A stretch of 61,260 bases of DNA, counting the filler, from Sphacelaria rigidula (taxonomy: Eukaryota): NCBI GenBank assembly GCA_964200075.2. It is 7 parts of 7 records of this genome, joined end to end, with 100 filler letters (N's around TTAATTAATTAA, not from the genome) between each part and the next. Parts side by side here need not be neighbours in the genome. Positions count along the whole stretch, not along the records: positions 8,767 to 17,432 come from CAXNAA020010449.1; positions 17,533 to 26,198 come from CAXNAA020010450.1; 5 more parts are not named here. The stretch is one strand, 5' to 3'. Positions 11,483 to 23,125 of this stretch are shown piece after piece. The first letter of the stretch is position 1, and every line of letters begins with the position of its first letter. The position numbers and the translations under genes are program-made. Under the pieces are notes generated by a model, which made no database searches, was not told where the DNA came from, and saw only the letters and a list, made by a program, of their open reading frames with translations.

Positions 11483-14259
11483 AGAATGAATAGTGAGGAA
11501 GGCTACTGTTAGAACATTTCCAAGAAGATGCGTACGGTTTTTTCCCTGTAGCGGTTTCGGTTTCTCCGGTGCTTGCGAAGAGTGACTGATGATCGGGCCT
11601 CTTCCTTTTTCGTGTCAGTTTCAGTTCAATTGTTTTACCCTCCGGAGGCCGGGAGGGGGGGCTAGCTTTCTATGGTTCTTTCGCTCCTGCGTTTTGATCT
11701 TGTGTCAACGGGTTTGGTCTATATGTGATGGGCAGCACACGAGTGAATGTCGATGCATATATGCGCTGGAAGTAGCAAAAGGGTGAACGGTGGTCGTCGT
11801 CAGTTTTTGTGTTCTGTATGGCGTATACTGTGGTATACAGGTCGTGGGCGGTCTTGTTTGGTTTTTGGTGCGAACTGTAGCCCGAAACTAAACGTGGAAG
11901 ACATGCTATTGACTTCTGTCGGGACGATGTGTTTTTTTAGCGTGTTCCTTGGTAGTATATGCGTGCTCTGTTGATAGTTACGATGCAGTCGATGGTAGCC
12001 TGATGTTATCTTTGGTGCGTGGCGAGAGAGCTTGTGTGGTGCGGCGTATGTTTGGCCAAGTGGAACGGGTCGCACGAGAATCGCGCGGGTGCTCAGCTAG
12101 AAATTATCAGCCGTTGTCTTGAATCTTTTGACGTGTACTTTTATTTCACTCAAGAACGGGACTGGGGCGATATTTTTTTGCATGAGCAACCCGCCAAGTG
12201 TCATCCCCCACTCCTGAAAAAAATATGATGGGGATTCTAGTAGCTGCGTAGTTGTCAACATATTGTGTACTGAGGTGCGCGCTCCCTGTCCACCCTCTTG
12301 GCGCCTGAAGAAGGCGACGTGGGGTGCAGAGAGATTCTTGGCGTGATGTGGGTGTAAAGGGATAGTGCCGATTTTGAGCATGTACATTTTCGATCACGTA
12401 TCGGCAGTCTGTACAGCGTGCTGGCCAGCTTTCTGACTGGGCCTTATCTTTGGGGACGAATGTGAAAAAAAAAAAGTGTTCAATTCAACATACCTCAGCA
12501 ACCACTAATGGGTATTATTTCGACATGTTGGAGGGCAGGGTGACAACGAACGGATTGGCGAGTGTTTCACTCCCAAGTGCGGACGCTTTTGTTTCAATCC
12601 GCTGGCCGCGAGGGAGATGACTGGCTCGCCGGCAGCGCATGCAGACACACTATCAGCCTTGCGAAACAGTCGGCGAGCCACAACACACCTACGATGACGT
12701 GGCACTCGAATATGTACATGTTGTCAACGACGTGGGTACTCCACTGACCTCTGGGGCGTGGAAGATGAGTTGATGTACTCCTGCGTTCGACAAAAAAATA
12801 CTGATGGGTCACCTTGACTTTCATGCTGTTTTCCTGCACTGGCGTTCCCTCATATGATCGTGTCATGCGAAATGTTGGCGAGGGTGGTGATATTCCAACG
12901 GCAAACCCCGCCGGCCGGCAGTGTATCACCCCTGCGCCCGTCATCCACTGTAGTCTAACAACCATGAAGATGGAAATGCGCGGTCTATAATTACACTACA
13001 GTATAATACATCCTGATGCTAAGATATATGAAACATGTGGACGTGATCATACCCTCCACCACATATAGCGTGGCTACGATTGGATGGAAGACGTCGAACA
13101 CCTCCTCCGCCGCACCAAGACACCGCGGGCGGCACGTGTCGGCTGCATAGGCGCAGCGTATTCAGTTGGCGTAGCTGCGCGATCGAGGAGGAAACATTCT
13201 CTCAACATCATGGGAACAACAATAAATCTTCTTCCCAAATACCGTCATCACACACAGCACGGCGACCATCATCTTCGTTATACCTTATGCGAAACTGATT
13301 CCAACAACAGCGCCGCCAAACACACAACGGAGGGTGTCGACGACCACCGCAGGAATGAATATCGCCCAGTAAAATCTCTTCCTGCTTTTGAAACTGCTGA
13401 AATCAATAACATCGGTGCTTTGTGGTAGTCCTGTACTGTATGAGACACCCGAGAGAATCAGAATTATCTTGTCTCGAGCCTGACTCTCCCTTGAAATGAG
13501 CAAACCTGGGGGTGCTATTAATACTGTACTGGCAAGCACAAGTCACTGCACACTGCATACACCCAATTACAGAGAAGAAAAACGTAACATTTGTACACCT
13601 ACATACCAAGTGCATATATTTCCAGCGACAACTGAACACTACGCACTTTATCTTCTTAGTTTTTCATCCATCACGAACCACTTCTTTTTTAGTTCGAGAT
13701 AAACAAATGCACAAACGAAAGAAATAGAGAAAAAGGTACTGTACAAAGTTGCTCAGTGATGAGAAACAACAGTACCGCACCAAATACGGAAAGGGACTCA
13801 TCACTCAGCACAAACATACGACAAACTCACAACACGAACGGTGACAGTGAAGCACTGCAGCAAACCAAATCGCCACAGAAGCCTTACAGTACACACACAA
13901 AAGAAAAAAACAAGCCGCCATACAACGTGGACAGAATGACTCGAGATACAAACCACTCGTGTCATGCTACCGTCACACGGTTTACAATACCGTCGGTGGA
14001 AGGGGTAGCACGTTCCCAGGCACGGATATCTCCGAAAACTACAGGCACCACGCCCCCCTGAGACTAAAGCTAGACATGATTATTCCATCTCCTTGAGAAC
14101 GTTCGAAAAAAGAATCTGTCAGCCATATGTAGACTGTCTTCGCGACGAAATCAACGCAGAAAAAGTCGACCACCAGGGAGGGGGAAGGGGAGGGGGGGGG
14201 GGCGTACCACTCTTGTCAAACCACGATAACAGCGTTTTCGTGAGACTGAGAGTAGAGCG

Positions 14260-14525
14260 TTGATTGAGAGCATTTTTGATAATTCACTTCAATTAGGCCA
14301 GTTTTTTTATTCCGCGTATGTTTTCTTTTGCCTCCATCACTGGCGTGTGCTTACAGCTACACGTCGATATTTTACTCAGGGATATCAAGGGTTTCAGTGG
14401 CAAGCTACTGCAGAAGCATATTGTGGCTCGTGGAGGGGCATTTCGGAACTGAAACGATTAATCTACTAATTGATCGCTTTTTACTCTCAATCGTACCCCC
14501 TACTCTCAATATCACGAAACATTCT
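14260..14525 (+). repeat. Dispersed repeat (family C)
   Basis: Diverged copy at about 35375-35642 on another contig (shared cagctacacg...ctcaggg...aagctact...gaggggcatttcggaac...ctctcaatcgta). Confidence 0.7.
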
Positions 14526-15520
14526 TGATTCTGCAACAAGCACTCAACCTCCCCAGCCGCCGCCCTGGAGCGCGCCATCCAGCTATCCGACACGCTTGAG
14601 TACATTTTCTCTAGCTACAGAATTTGGTCCGTACCCTGAACCGCAACATGATAGTGCTACAGGACACAACGGGCATGTCAGGGCGTCAACAACCTGATGC
14701 AACATAGCTACAAGATGACGTTACAATAGCCCTTCGGTGGTGCTCGAGGGGGGGGGAGTGCGTGGGAAAGGCGGATCACCACAACTCGGTCGGACACTTA
14801 CACGCCCGTACCCAATAAGTTCCCGTCAGAGTCAAAGTCTATGTACACCCCGATGGCACCCGATACCGCCGGCTAGCCTTCAAGCCCAAACAAACAAAGA
14901 GTTCCGTATCGATTCCGATTACGTGCTTTCTTCAAAAAGAGCAAGAAGAAAAGGTTACAGGCGGAAAATAGAATTCCATCTGTGATGAACAAAAAAATGC
15001 AAGACACCGAACAAATCCCGATCTGCAAAAACAAAGATAGCTTCAGAGCTCTCGAGCGTCTGGACCATCTTCGGTCTGCCGATAGACTCGACACGCATAG
15101 ATGGGATAGTCATCGCGGAGAGAACGTTCCCAACGTTCCAGGAACGTTCCGTAGTTCCGATCCCAAGCCTGCTGGCTATCCAGCTCCCAGCGGCATGTGA
15201 GGCACTCGGACACTTTGGATCTATCAATCGGAGTGTGTCCCACACTACATCCACGGATCCAGACTCTGACGACCAGCGGTAGCCAGAATTCAGCGGGAGG
15301 GATAACAGTTCTTACCCGCGTCAATTACAGTCCATCGGCGACATTACAATCCATGCGCAATCGGACTGCGGGATAAAACGTGAACGATAGTCATTCAGGT
15401 GGAACTGAATGCCCCAATTTTCCAAAAATTCAAAGTGATAAAAAAAGGCACAAATAATTCCGGGATGCAGTCAAAACTCGTGACCACGACGAGGCTCAAT
15501 CGATAACATCACAATTATAT

Positions 15521-15688
15521 TTACCCCAGGAAAGGGTTGAAATCGCGAACCTCGCTTACTATGCTGACCGCCTTTTCTAGCAGCGCCAGCATATCTCGCG
15601 ATATGCGCCTTCGTTCTGCCACATCATCCGTTTCCCTCATGAGCTCTCCCGTTAGGTCTTCCTTGTATAGAGTCGAAACGAGCTCGTT
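15521..15688 (-). CDS. Dynamin-related terminal exon
   Basis: Acceptor acacag; 168 bp ending in TAA. Confidence 0.88.
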   Translation of the reverse strand, partial: NELVSTLYKEDLTGELMRETDDVAERRRISRDMLALLEKAVSIVSEVRDFNPFLG

Positions 15689-16305
15689 CTGTGTGTGAGT
15701 GTGAGTGAGGGTGTGTTTGTGCGCATTGAAGGATAAACAGCAAAAGCGAGATGAGAAACAAAAAGTCGAGTAAAGAGCGTACAAATGAAACGGGGAAAAG
15801 CTGAACTTAGAGGCGGGGGAAACAACGGGTGCAATTGTGAAAGGGTGATGAATTTCTACTGATGCTTGTGATAATCAATTCACCCTTGCTATAGAGCAGT
15901 ATCCACACAATGGCTGAAAAAAAAAGGCAAGATATAAAAATGAACACGGCGACCAAGAACTAGAAAGCGACAGAGATTGTACGAAGGGACGAAAACACTC
16001 GCTGCGACCAAGATTTACGCCGTAGTTGGTTGGTGGTGTTTCAATCATACAATCAGAGATGAAACAAGTGCGAGAGAAATAGTGTGATGGGGGGGGGGGG
16101 CAACACCGGAACTCGTCGGAAGGGCAGGTAAGGCATCGAAGAACAGCGGGGTCACGCGTTTGAGTCGTTCCGAGACATGGGCAGACTAGTGTCTTCACCA
16201 ACTACGCGTCGGATCATGACGAAACCCAAAAATGTACATGCATACCTGCAGCATGTTCACCACGTCGTTCACGAGGAAATGCATGATCGTCTTGGGCACC
16301 AGATC
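15521..16305 (-). CDS. Dynamin-related protein (Drp1/Dnm1/Vps1-like), last two exons encoding the GTPase effector domain
   Basis: Exons 16305-16246 (DLVPKTIMHFLVNDVVNMLQ) and 15688-15521 (NELVSTLYKEDLTGELMRETDDVAERRR...IVSEVRDFNPFLG*), phase 0 GT-AG; classic GED motif DxVPKxIMHFLVN. Confidence 0.9.
16246..16305 (-). CDS. Dynamin-related penultimate exon
   Basis: Acceptor ccgcag, donor gtatg; 60 bp. Confidence 0.88.
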
Positions 16306-16511
16306 CTGCGGGGCATAATACAAAACACACGCACGCAGATGTATTGGCGTCTAAAGTTCACGACAGACAGAGTGTGATGTAGGTTCGACACTCTGGACAA
16401 AAGATTATGTTGTCAAAAAGTGTACTGTGGACAGTATCGACTATTGCGTATATTGCACGGTTAGGACGAATAAAATTGTGATTCAACTCATGTTCATCAT
16501 TTTAACGAATA

Positions 16512-17283
16512 CCACTCTGTCCCGAAACATAAGCCCCGCTTGGAAAAACCGAAATATAAGCCCCGTATACGCATTGACGTGTATACGACTCCTCAGCTCT
16601 TCTAGAGCCATGGAAATACTTGCATACACTATCGCGAGGATTGGGGAGGAAAGAAAATGTTCAGGGTGACCAGGGGACACCAGGAATCCATTCCCGAGTT
16701 TTCATTGCATCAGGTGATGAAATAGTGCTGGTAAGTCCGGTGTTCCAGGTGATGTAGTACCTCCAATACCTTTCCCTGGACGATGAAACTGCATGGCAAT
16801 GCGGTAGGAACAGTTTGGGGGTGAAAAACAGCATTCCCTGGGGTGACCAGGGGATGCGCGAAAACCATCCCCAGGTTTCCAATTCAGAAGATTCGGGGAT
16901 AATTTTACTCTGGTGTAGTCGCCCTTTCGCAAAATGCCGTTGTTGCTGCCTTTGAGAAGCTCGGCAATCACAGCGATTCGCTCATCATCGTTGAGATTCT
17001 TTCTCCTGAGTGTCTCGGCAACACTTTCATCGCTAGACATGCTCCTTTACACTACCGGATGGCCTCTTTTAACCACTTTGGAAGAAGCGAGCTCTATGTA
17101 GTGCTTCTTGAGGGTGGGTGGGTGTGGGCAGGACTGTCAATTTTTGAAAAAAAATAGCGGTTGGTTTTTTCAAGCAGGAGCGGCGCAAATACGATGCAAA
17201 AAAACGGGTTAAAAAAAATCGCCTTCCATCCGAAGCTATGCCGCAAAATCCCCAAACGGGGCTTATGTTTCGAAACAGAGTGG
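16512..17283 (-). mobile_element. Internally deleted Tc1/mariner element (plant DD39D mariner / Stowaway-like) in the dynamin intron
   Basis: TIRs of about 31 bp (CCACTCTGTCCCGAAACATAAGCCCCGCTTGG and its near-perfect inverse), TA on both sides (16510-16511, 17284-17285). ORF 17040-16702 begins RKNLNDDERIAVIAELLKGSNNGILRKG, which resembles the plant mariner transposase N-terminus. Confidence 0.8.
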
Positions 17284-17664
17284 TAAGTAATACGATTCGT
17301 ACATCATTTGCGATTTACACGGGTTTTGAGTTCTTGAGTCGTACAGTACACCGTCAAAGGTACGAGCTGGGCCAGCCTAGAGGCTGCATGAACGTTTGCA
17401 GGCGGATGCGCCGGCCATTATTTGGAGTTAGANNNNNNNNNNNNNNNNNNNNNNNNNNNNNNNNNNNNNNNNNNNNTTAATTAATTAANNNNNNNNNNNN
17501 NNNNNNNNNNNNNNNNNNNNNNNNNNNNNNNNGCTTCCTGAACAAAAGATATGCTGCGTGGTCCATCCCGGCATGACACATCAGGGATCTCCGGGGCCTC
17601 TTGCCCCTCGCAAGCCTCACTGTCCACATGTCAAACTCATTCCTTCCACAATCGATCATCCCAG

Positions 17665-19825
17665 GCTTTGTGTCGGACCAAGCGGGTGGCGCGTAATCGT
17701 ATACTCTCGGAGGACGCTTACACAGATGATCGTGTGCGGGCATGGCGTGCTGCGCAAGATTTGGTGGCGCAAGCGGTGCTCCTGTATCATCCTCGTCCAG
17801 GGTGCGTTGTTCTGATTATTATAAATGCTTCGGATATCCCCTGGGGTAGCTCTTTAACGCAAGTGCCTGTCGCCGAGTATAGTAGGGGCATTGCGCTAGA
17901 AAATATATCACACGAACCGTTGACTTTTCTGAGTGGTAGCTTCAAGGGTTGACAGTGGCGGTGGGCGACAGTGGACTAATGAAGTTTCGCGGTAGTCAAT
18001 ACATTTCGAAGGCTCGAGTACTTGCTTTGCGGTGGTGTTCGTATTATCACCGATCATCGCAATCTGAAATACATTTTTAACCCCGAAGAATGTGTCAAAT
18101 CGGTGACGAAGGCCATGGCGCAACGGCTTGAAAATAGGAAAGAAGTACTCGGCCAATATCGGTATGCAATTGAACACATTCCCGGAGAGCGCAATTGTTG
18201 GGGAGATTTGTTGTCTCGCTGGGTGAAGATCCCTACCATGCCTATTTGTTCTGTTGCCGTGTACAGCCCGTGTGATGCCGATGATTCGCTGCCCTCGTTA
18301 GATGTCATTCGTACCGCGCAGCGCAAAATAGTCGGCGACGGTGTTCATTTTTTCCCTACGACTCTCGGTCAAGCTGCCTTGGCTGACGATGGTTTGTTTC
18401 GCGTGCGTGTTGGCAGTAGTGATGTTTTGTGGATTCCGTCGGATGATAAAGCTCTACAAACTCGCTTGACGGCTCACATGCGGTCGGCTGGTCACCGTGG
18501 TATGGTGCCGACTCTGTTCCCTTTAAAAATACTGTGTCTCACATGGATTCCCACGTTCGCGAGTTCGTTCGCCAGTGTTTTCAGGGTGTAGACACTCGTG
18601 CTGGTGCGATTGTACCTCGTCCGTATGGCGATACTGTGCATGGTACTGCGCCAGATGAAGTTCTTCACTTCGATTTCCTGTATACCGAAAGTAGCGGACC
18701 TGAAGGTGCTAGTGGTTTGCCTGATGAGGACGGTTTTCGGTACGGTTTGGTTATCATGGATGATTTGCCCAATTTCGTTCCGTTGGAGCCGACCGAGGCT
18801 TCCACCACCGAGGTTACGGCTAAGCACTTGATGCATTGGTGCAAGACTTTGCGGGTGCCGCGTGTGTGGGTTAGTGATACCGCCACGCACTTCAAGAATC
18901 GAGTGATCGCGCAGCTGAGCGATGCGCTCAAGTTGCAACACCAATTCGCTGTTGCGTATACCCCTTGGTTGAATGGTGCTTGTGAATGCATGGTGAAAGA
19001 GGTAATTCGTGCATTGCGGTCGATTTTGTCGGAACATAGACGGCCGGTGTCTGAATGAGTTGATGTTTTGCTAGTCGCTCAGTGGGCGTTGAATACTTCT
19101 TTTCGTGAACGCTACCGTAACACTCCGTATTGTTTGATGTTTGGGCGTGCACCGCGTACAGCGTTTTCTGCGCTGGCTTCTGTCACTGGCGGCGAGTGGA
19201 ACGTCGATGTCATGGATGCTGATTCGTTGCGTGACAAGGTTCGAGGCGTGGTTGACGAGCAAAGGTGGTTTTGTAACGAAGTGCGAGCTGCTGTCGCGGT
19301 GTCTCGCGAAACCAAACGCAAGCTTGCTCAGAGCTAGGCTGTGTTGCCCAAGTTTGCAGTTGGCGATTATGTACTGTATGCCCGTGTTCGTAGGCAAGGT
19401 GTGACGCCAAAATCGACNNNNNNNNNNTGGATAGGTCCGCGGCGAGTGGTCAGAGCCGACCATGATCACGTGTATTCGGTGCAGAACATTGTTTCTGGCG
19501 CCGTGTCCTCGACCCATGTCGCTCGTTTGCATTTCTATGCTGACTCGCAGTTGCACATCACTGCGGAACTAAAAGCTTCATTTCAGCATTCGTATACTCA
19601 AGGTGAATGTCGGATTAATGCTTTGGTGCACGTCCCTGAGGATGACAATGGTGATGCCATTCTTTTGGTCGATTGAGAAGGGGGTTCGGTGTTGGAGAAC
19701 GTACGTGGGAGTCGCTTCCCAATATTTATTCTTCTGCGTCTGAATTTGTTCTGAAGGAACCGCGTAAAATGCGGTAGACTCGGACGCTGACAAGTAAACT
19801 AGCGTCAGAGCGTGGTATTCTTTGT
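17665..19825 (+). mobile_element. Degenerate Ty3/Gypsy pol: RT connection, RNase H, integrase, chromodomain
   Basis: NASDIPWG..LTQ...EPLTFLSGSF; ITDHRNLKYIF; HIPGERNCWGDLLSR; H..AGHRG; LHFDF...VWVSDTATHF...AYTPWLNGACE; LLVD*EG..ERTWE. RNase H lies before integrase, which is the Gypsy order. Many stops and frameshifts. Confidence 0.92.
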
Positions 19826-19906
19826 TTTCTGGCGCCTGCGATTTCGCCTTGGCCATAATCGCATGCATGATTGGAGTAGTGGCAGGGGACGGAGGATCCT
19901 GGATTG

Positions 19907-20118
19907 GACACTTTCTACGATAGCCCCCCTCCCCCCCAAAAAGTGCATGATTTTGGGAGGCAAAATCTTCACGTGAATTCCCACGCTTGGGTTCGTTCCA
20001 GCCAATGTCGCCAATATGAGACGCTTCATGCAGCCTAAACCCGAACATCAGGCGCTGTATGGCCATTTGTTTCGTGACACTTCTAGCTGGTTTGGGGGGG
20101 GCTATCGTAGAAAGTGCC
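19907..20118. mobile_element. MITE with ~22-bp TIRs and 4-bp TSD (ATTG)
   Basis: GACACTTTCTACGATAGCCCCC ... GGGGGCTATCGTAGAAAGTGCC, with ATTG at 19903-19906 and 20119-20122. A second copy starts at 26080. Confidence 0.82.
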
Positions 20119-21380
20119 ATTGATGGCCCCTATCTTTGTGGTCCCTTGCTGTCTGACTTGTGATGTGATCTGTTGAGGATTTCTCCGCAATAATAACAAG
20201 TTAGAGAAAAGGACGCGTCGAGCACGAGGCCAGTGTTGCTGGAGGAGTCCCTCGTTGATAGTCTTCTTGTCCAGATCGTTTGGCAGAGGCTAAAAGCCCT
20301 ATGAATGAGAAAAATCTGGGCCCGACTGTGCAAACCCTTCCATGACATGACTCTCGAGAAAGTAAACTGAAGGCAGTCCGAGATCGCGTGGCGGGTGACG
20401 ATACTTGTAAATCAAGGTCAGATGTGCATTGTGGTCCGTGAAAACCACCCTCAATGATGAGGACATTGCTTGAAGGAGAAAGAGGGGATGGGTGACAGCC
20501 TGTCACGTTCTAACGTGAACAGAGACTGTTTTGCAGATGCTACAGACATTTCGACGTAGACTCGGAAATTCGACCTTGTTTTATAATGCCAACTACTTTC
20601 TGTGGATGGTGCGCTGGGAACACTCCCTACATACAGTCTTCCATACCTCAGATGTGGAGAAATACACTCGATAAACATGATGGGCAAGGATTGCTCCCGC
20701 GATCGACACTAAGACTCCCCAGCTAGGCGGAAAAGAGTCGGTTTCCCGAGTTAGCCCACACAGACAAGCGAGTTACTTGACGGCATGGAAGCAAATGCGG
20801 CCTTAACACGGGGTCTGTCTCTATTGAACAAAATGAGAAAATGTTAGGCCTATGCTTACACGCTCTTCCTGGCGTTTTGAATTCTTTATCTGCAGACGTG
20901 AATTCGTGTGCTTGTCAAGACAACGGTTCTTTCGCGCGTTTATACGCGCGTCTCACACCTTTGCGTTTTTGTACACCGCCGCAGAAATTGAGAGATCCAG
21001 GTATCAAAATCGTACACATTGAAGTATTATTTTTCGCCGCAAAACGGATTGAAGTGCTGTGAGCGGCGCAAAGACTCCTCGCCCCCTCCCACCTCCAATA
21101 CCGATGCGACTCACTCTAGAGTACAGTCACACATACCTGTTCATTTCCTCCCGTCGGGAACACAAAAGATCCGCCTAGGACCATGTAAGCGCCAGCCCCG
21201 CGTATATGTGTGCCGTAGATTCTTCCGAAGCAGAACATTCGTATAGGTGAATATAACACGTTCGAACGCCGTTTGGGGGGGGCAAATATCAATGTAGCCG
21301 GGCAATTCGTGTCGGTGCATGCATATTGGTTACTGCTGACTTCAAGCATCGGTTGTCGCGAGAAGAGCGATCTAATTGTT

Positions 21381-22510
21381 ATCAGAGAGTTTCGGATTTT
21401 GTTTCCGATCATGGAGTCAGAGTGCAAAGTGGAAGCGTTGAAACTTCAGAGTGGACGCTAAAACGTTCATAGCGGAAGCTGATGTGACGTGGCTTGATGT
21501 GGACTTTTTTTTCCCGCGGTGGTTGGCCGCAGGTTGTGCCGCCAAATAAATGTGCAATCGCCCAGCCTGCAGTCAGGTGCAGTCCGAAAATGCACCAGTC
21601 AAGACAGCACTAAGTACTTGCTGTACCATACCCTGCGGCACCGTACGCGCCGTACACCACGCTTCATTGCACCTGTAGTACTTCAATCCACCACGGTGCA
21701 CCACAGGGTACTGTAGTGCTGTAGGGCTGTGCAGTGTAGAGTACAGCCAGTGCAGTATCGAGAGTGCAACGCAGAACTCTACAACAGTACATCGCGGTAC
21801 GGTGAACTACAGCGATGCCTTACAGACAGTTGTACAGTAATACAGCAGCATAACAGTACAGTAGTGGGCAGCACTTTCAAACAACAGACAAGGCCGCATC
21901 GCGATGATTTCCCAACATGACACCCATAAGTGTGGTACATGACACCCATAAGTGTGGTGCAAGAAGTCATGACCTTTAACGAAATGGAAATGTAGCCAGG
22001 TGTGGTACTGCTTGTGCGTTGTAGACTGCGAATCGTTCACACCGTCTTCTTACAGCTGAGCCTGGCAAGAGTGAGGAACTGCACCCAGGTCAACTTGTGC
22101 CCGTCGAGCATTTGAATGTTCACGCAACACAACCAAGCGAATGCTGATACCATGGCGGCGTCAGGGAGATCTTCTGATTGCCATGCCAAGCTCTTCTACT
22201 TCGCGAATGGCCCATTATGATGAGTATGGCAGTTTTGATGGATGATGAATGTCCCACTTTGCTTGTTAGGGTGTGTTGACTTTGGACTGGACGTGACCAT
22301 GTTGGTGAAGGTGGGCGTGGCTCTTCTTCATTCCGCTATAAGCTCCGAAGAGGAACAACGGTTTTCAGAGTGAAGTGGTACAAACGGCACTCTGACTCTG
22401 AAAAACTCGCTCTGAAAACAACTTCATAGCGGAAAGTGCACCGTTACCGACTATGTTTCCTTCCACTCTGACTCTAAGAGTTGAAGAAACGTTTTCCGAA
22501 ACTCTCCGAT
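21381..22510. mobile_element. ~1.1-kb non-autonomous TIR element
   Basis: Left end atcagagagtttcgga...gagtcagagtg; right end cactctgactc...tccgaaactctccgat; subterminal tcagagtg/cactctga motifs are repeated. No clear TSD. Confidence 0.55.
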
Positions 22511-22670
22511 TGATCTGAATCGTTCATCTCGGTTTCTGTCGAGAATATAGCACTGTGTTGCATTATTGTACAACATTGACGTGGGACATCCATTATGCTT
22601 GACAGCTTTGACAGTATACTCACTGAACACAACAATATAGTAAATTATTAAAATATATAGTTATTATTAT

Positions 22671-23125
22671 AATTATTAAACAGTGTGAAATAGAAGTGTA
22701 GGATGAACGATATCTGTAGGATGAGTTTCTGAAAATTAAGAACCGTCATATCTTCCGCAAAACGAAACGAAGTCCACCAATATCTTTTTGGTGCGTTTGT
22801 GGTACCAACTACGAGCGCGTCGCAGAAAATTGAGGATTTTCACGGAATATTGAGGGTCCTAGAGCAAAAAACAGTTGTTTGACATTTCCACGTACACGAG
22901 TTTGCACGGAAATGTCAAAAATACGGTTTTGGCTCTAGGACACTGATAATTGAGCAAATCTCCTCAATTGTTTGTGACGTGCTCGTAGTTGGTACCACAA
23001 ACGCACCGAAGAAAAATCGATGGATGTCGTTTTGTTTTGCCGGAGATGTGGCGATTCTTAACTTTTAGAATCTCATCCTATAGATATCGTTCATCCTACA
23101 CTTCTATTTCACACTGTCAATAATT
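22671..23125. repeat. ~455-bp foldback palindrome (MITE-like)
   Basis: Arms of about 215 bp (cagtgtgaaatagaagtgtaggatgaacgatatc ... gatatcgttcatcctacacttctatttcacactg) with a very short loop near 22895. Confidence 0.9.

Noticed and set aside
1606..16305. Functional cluster of M2DH, Trx protein and dynamin
   Set aside because: M2DH is on a different contig, so the adjacency is an artefact of size sorting.
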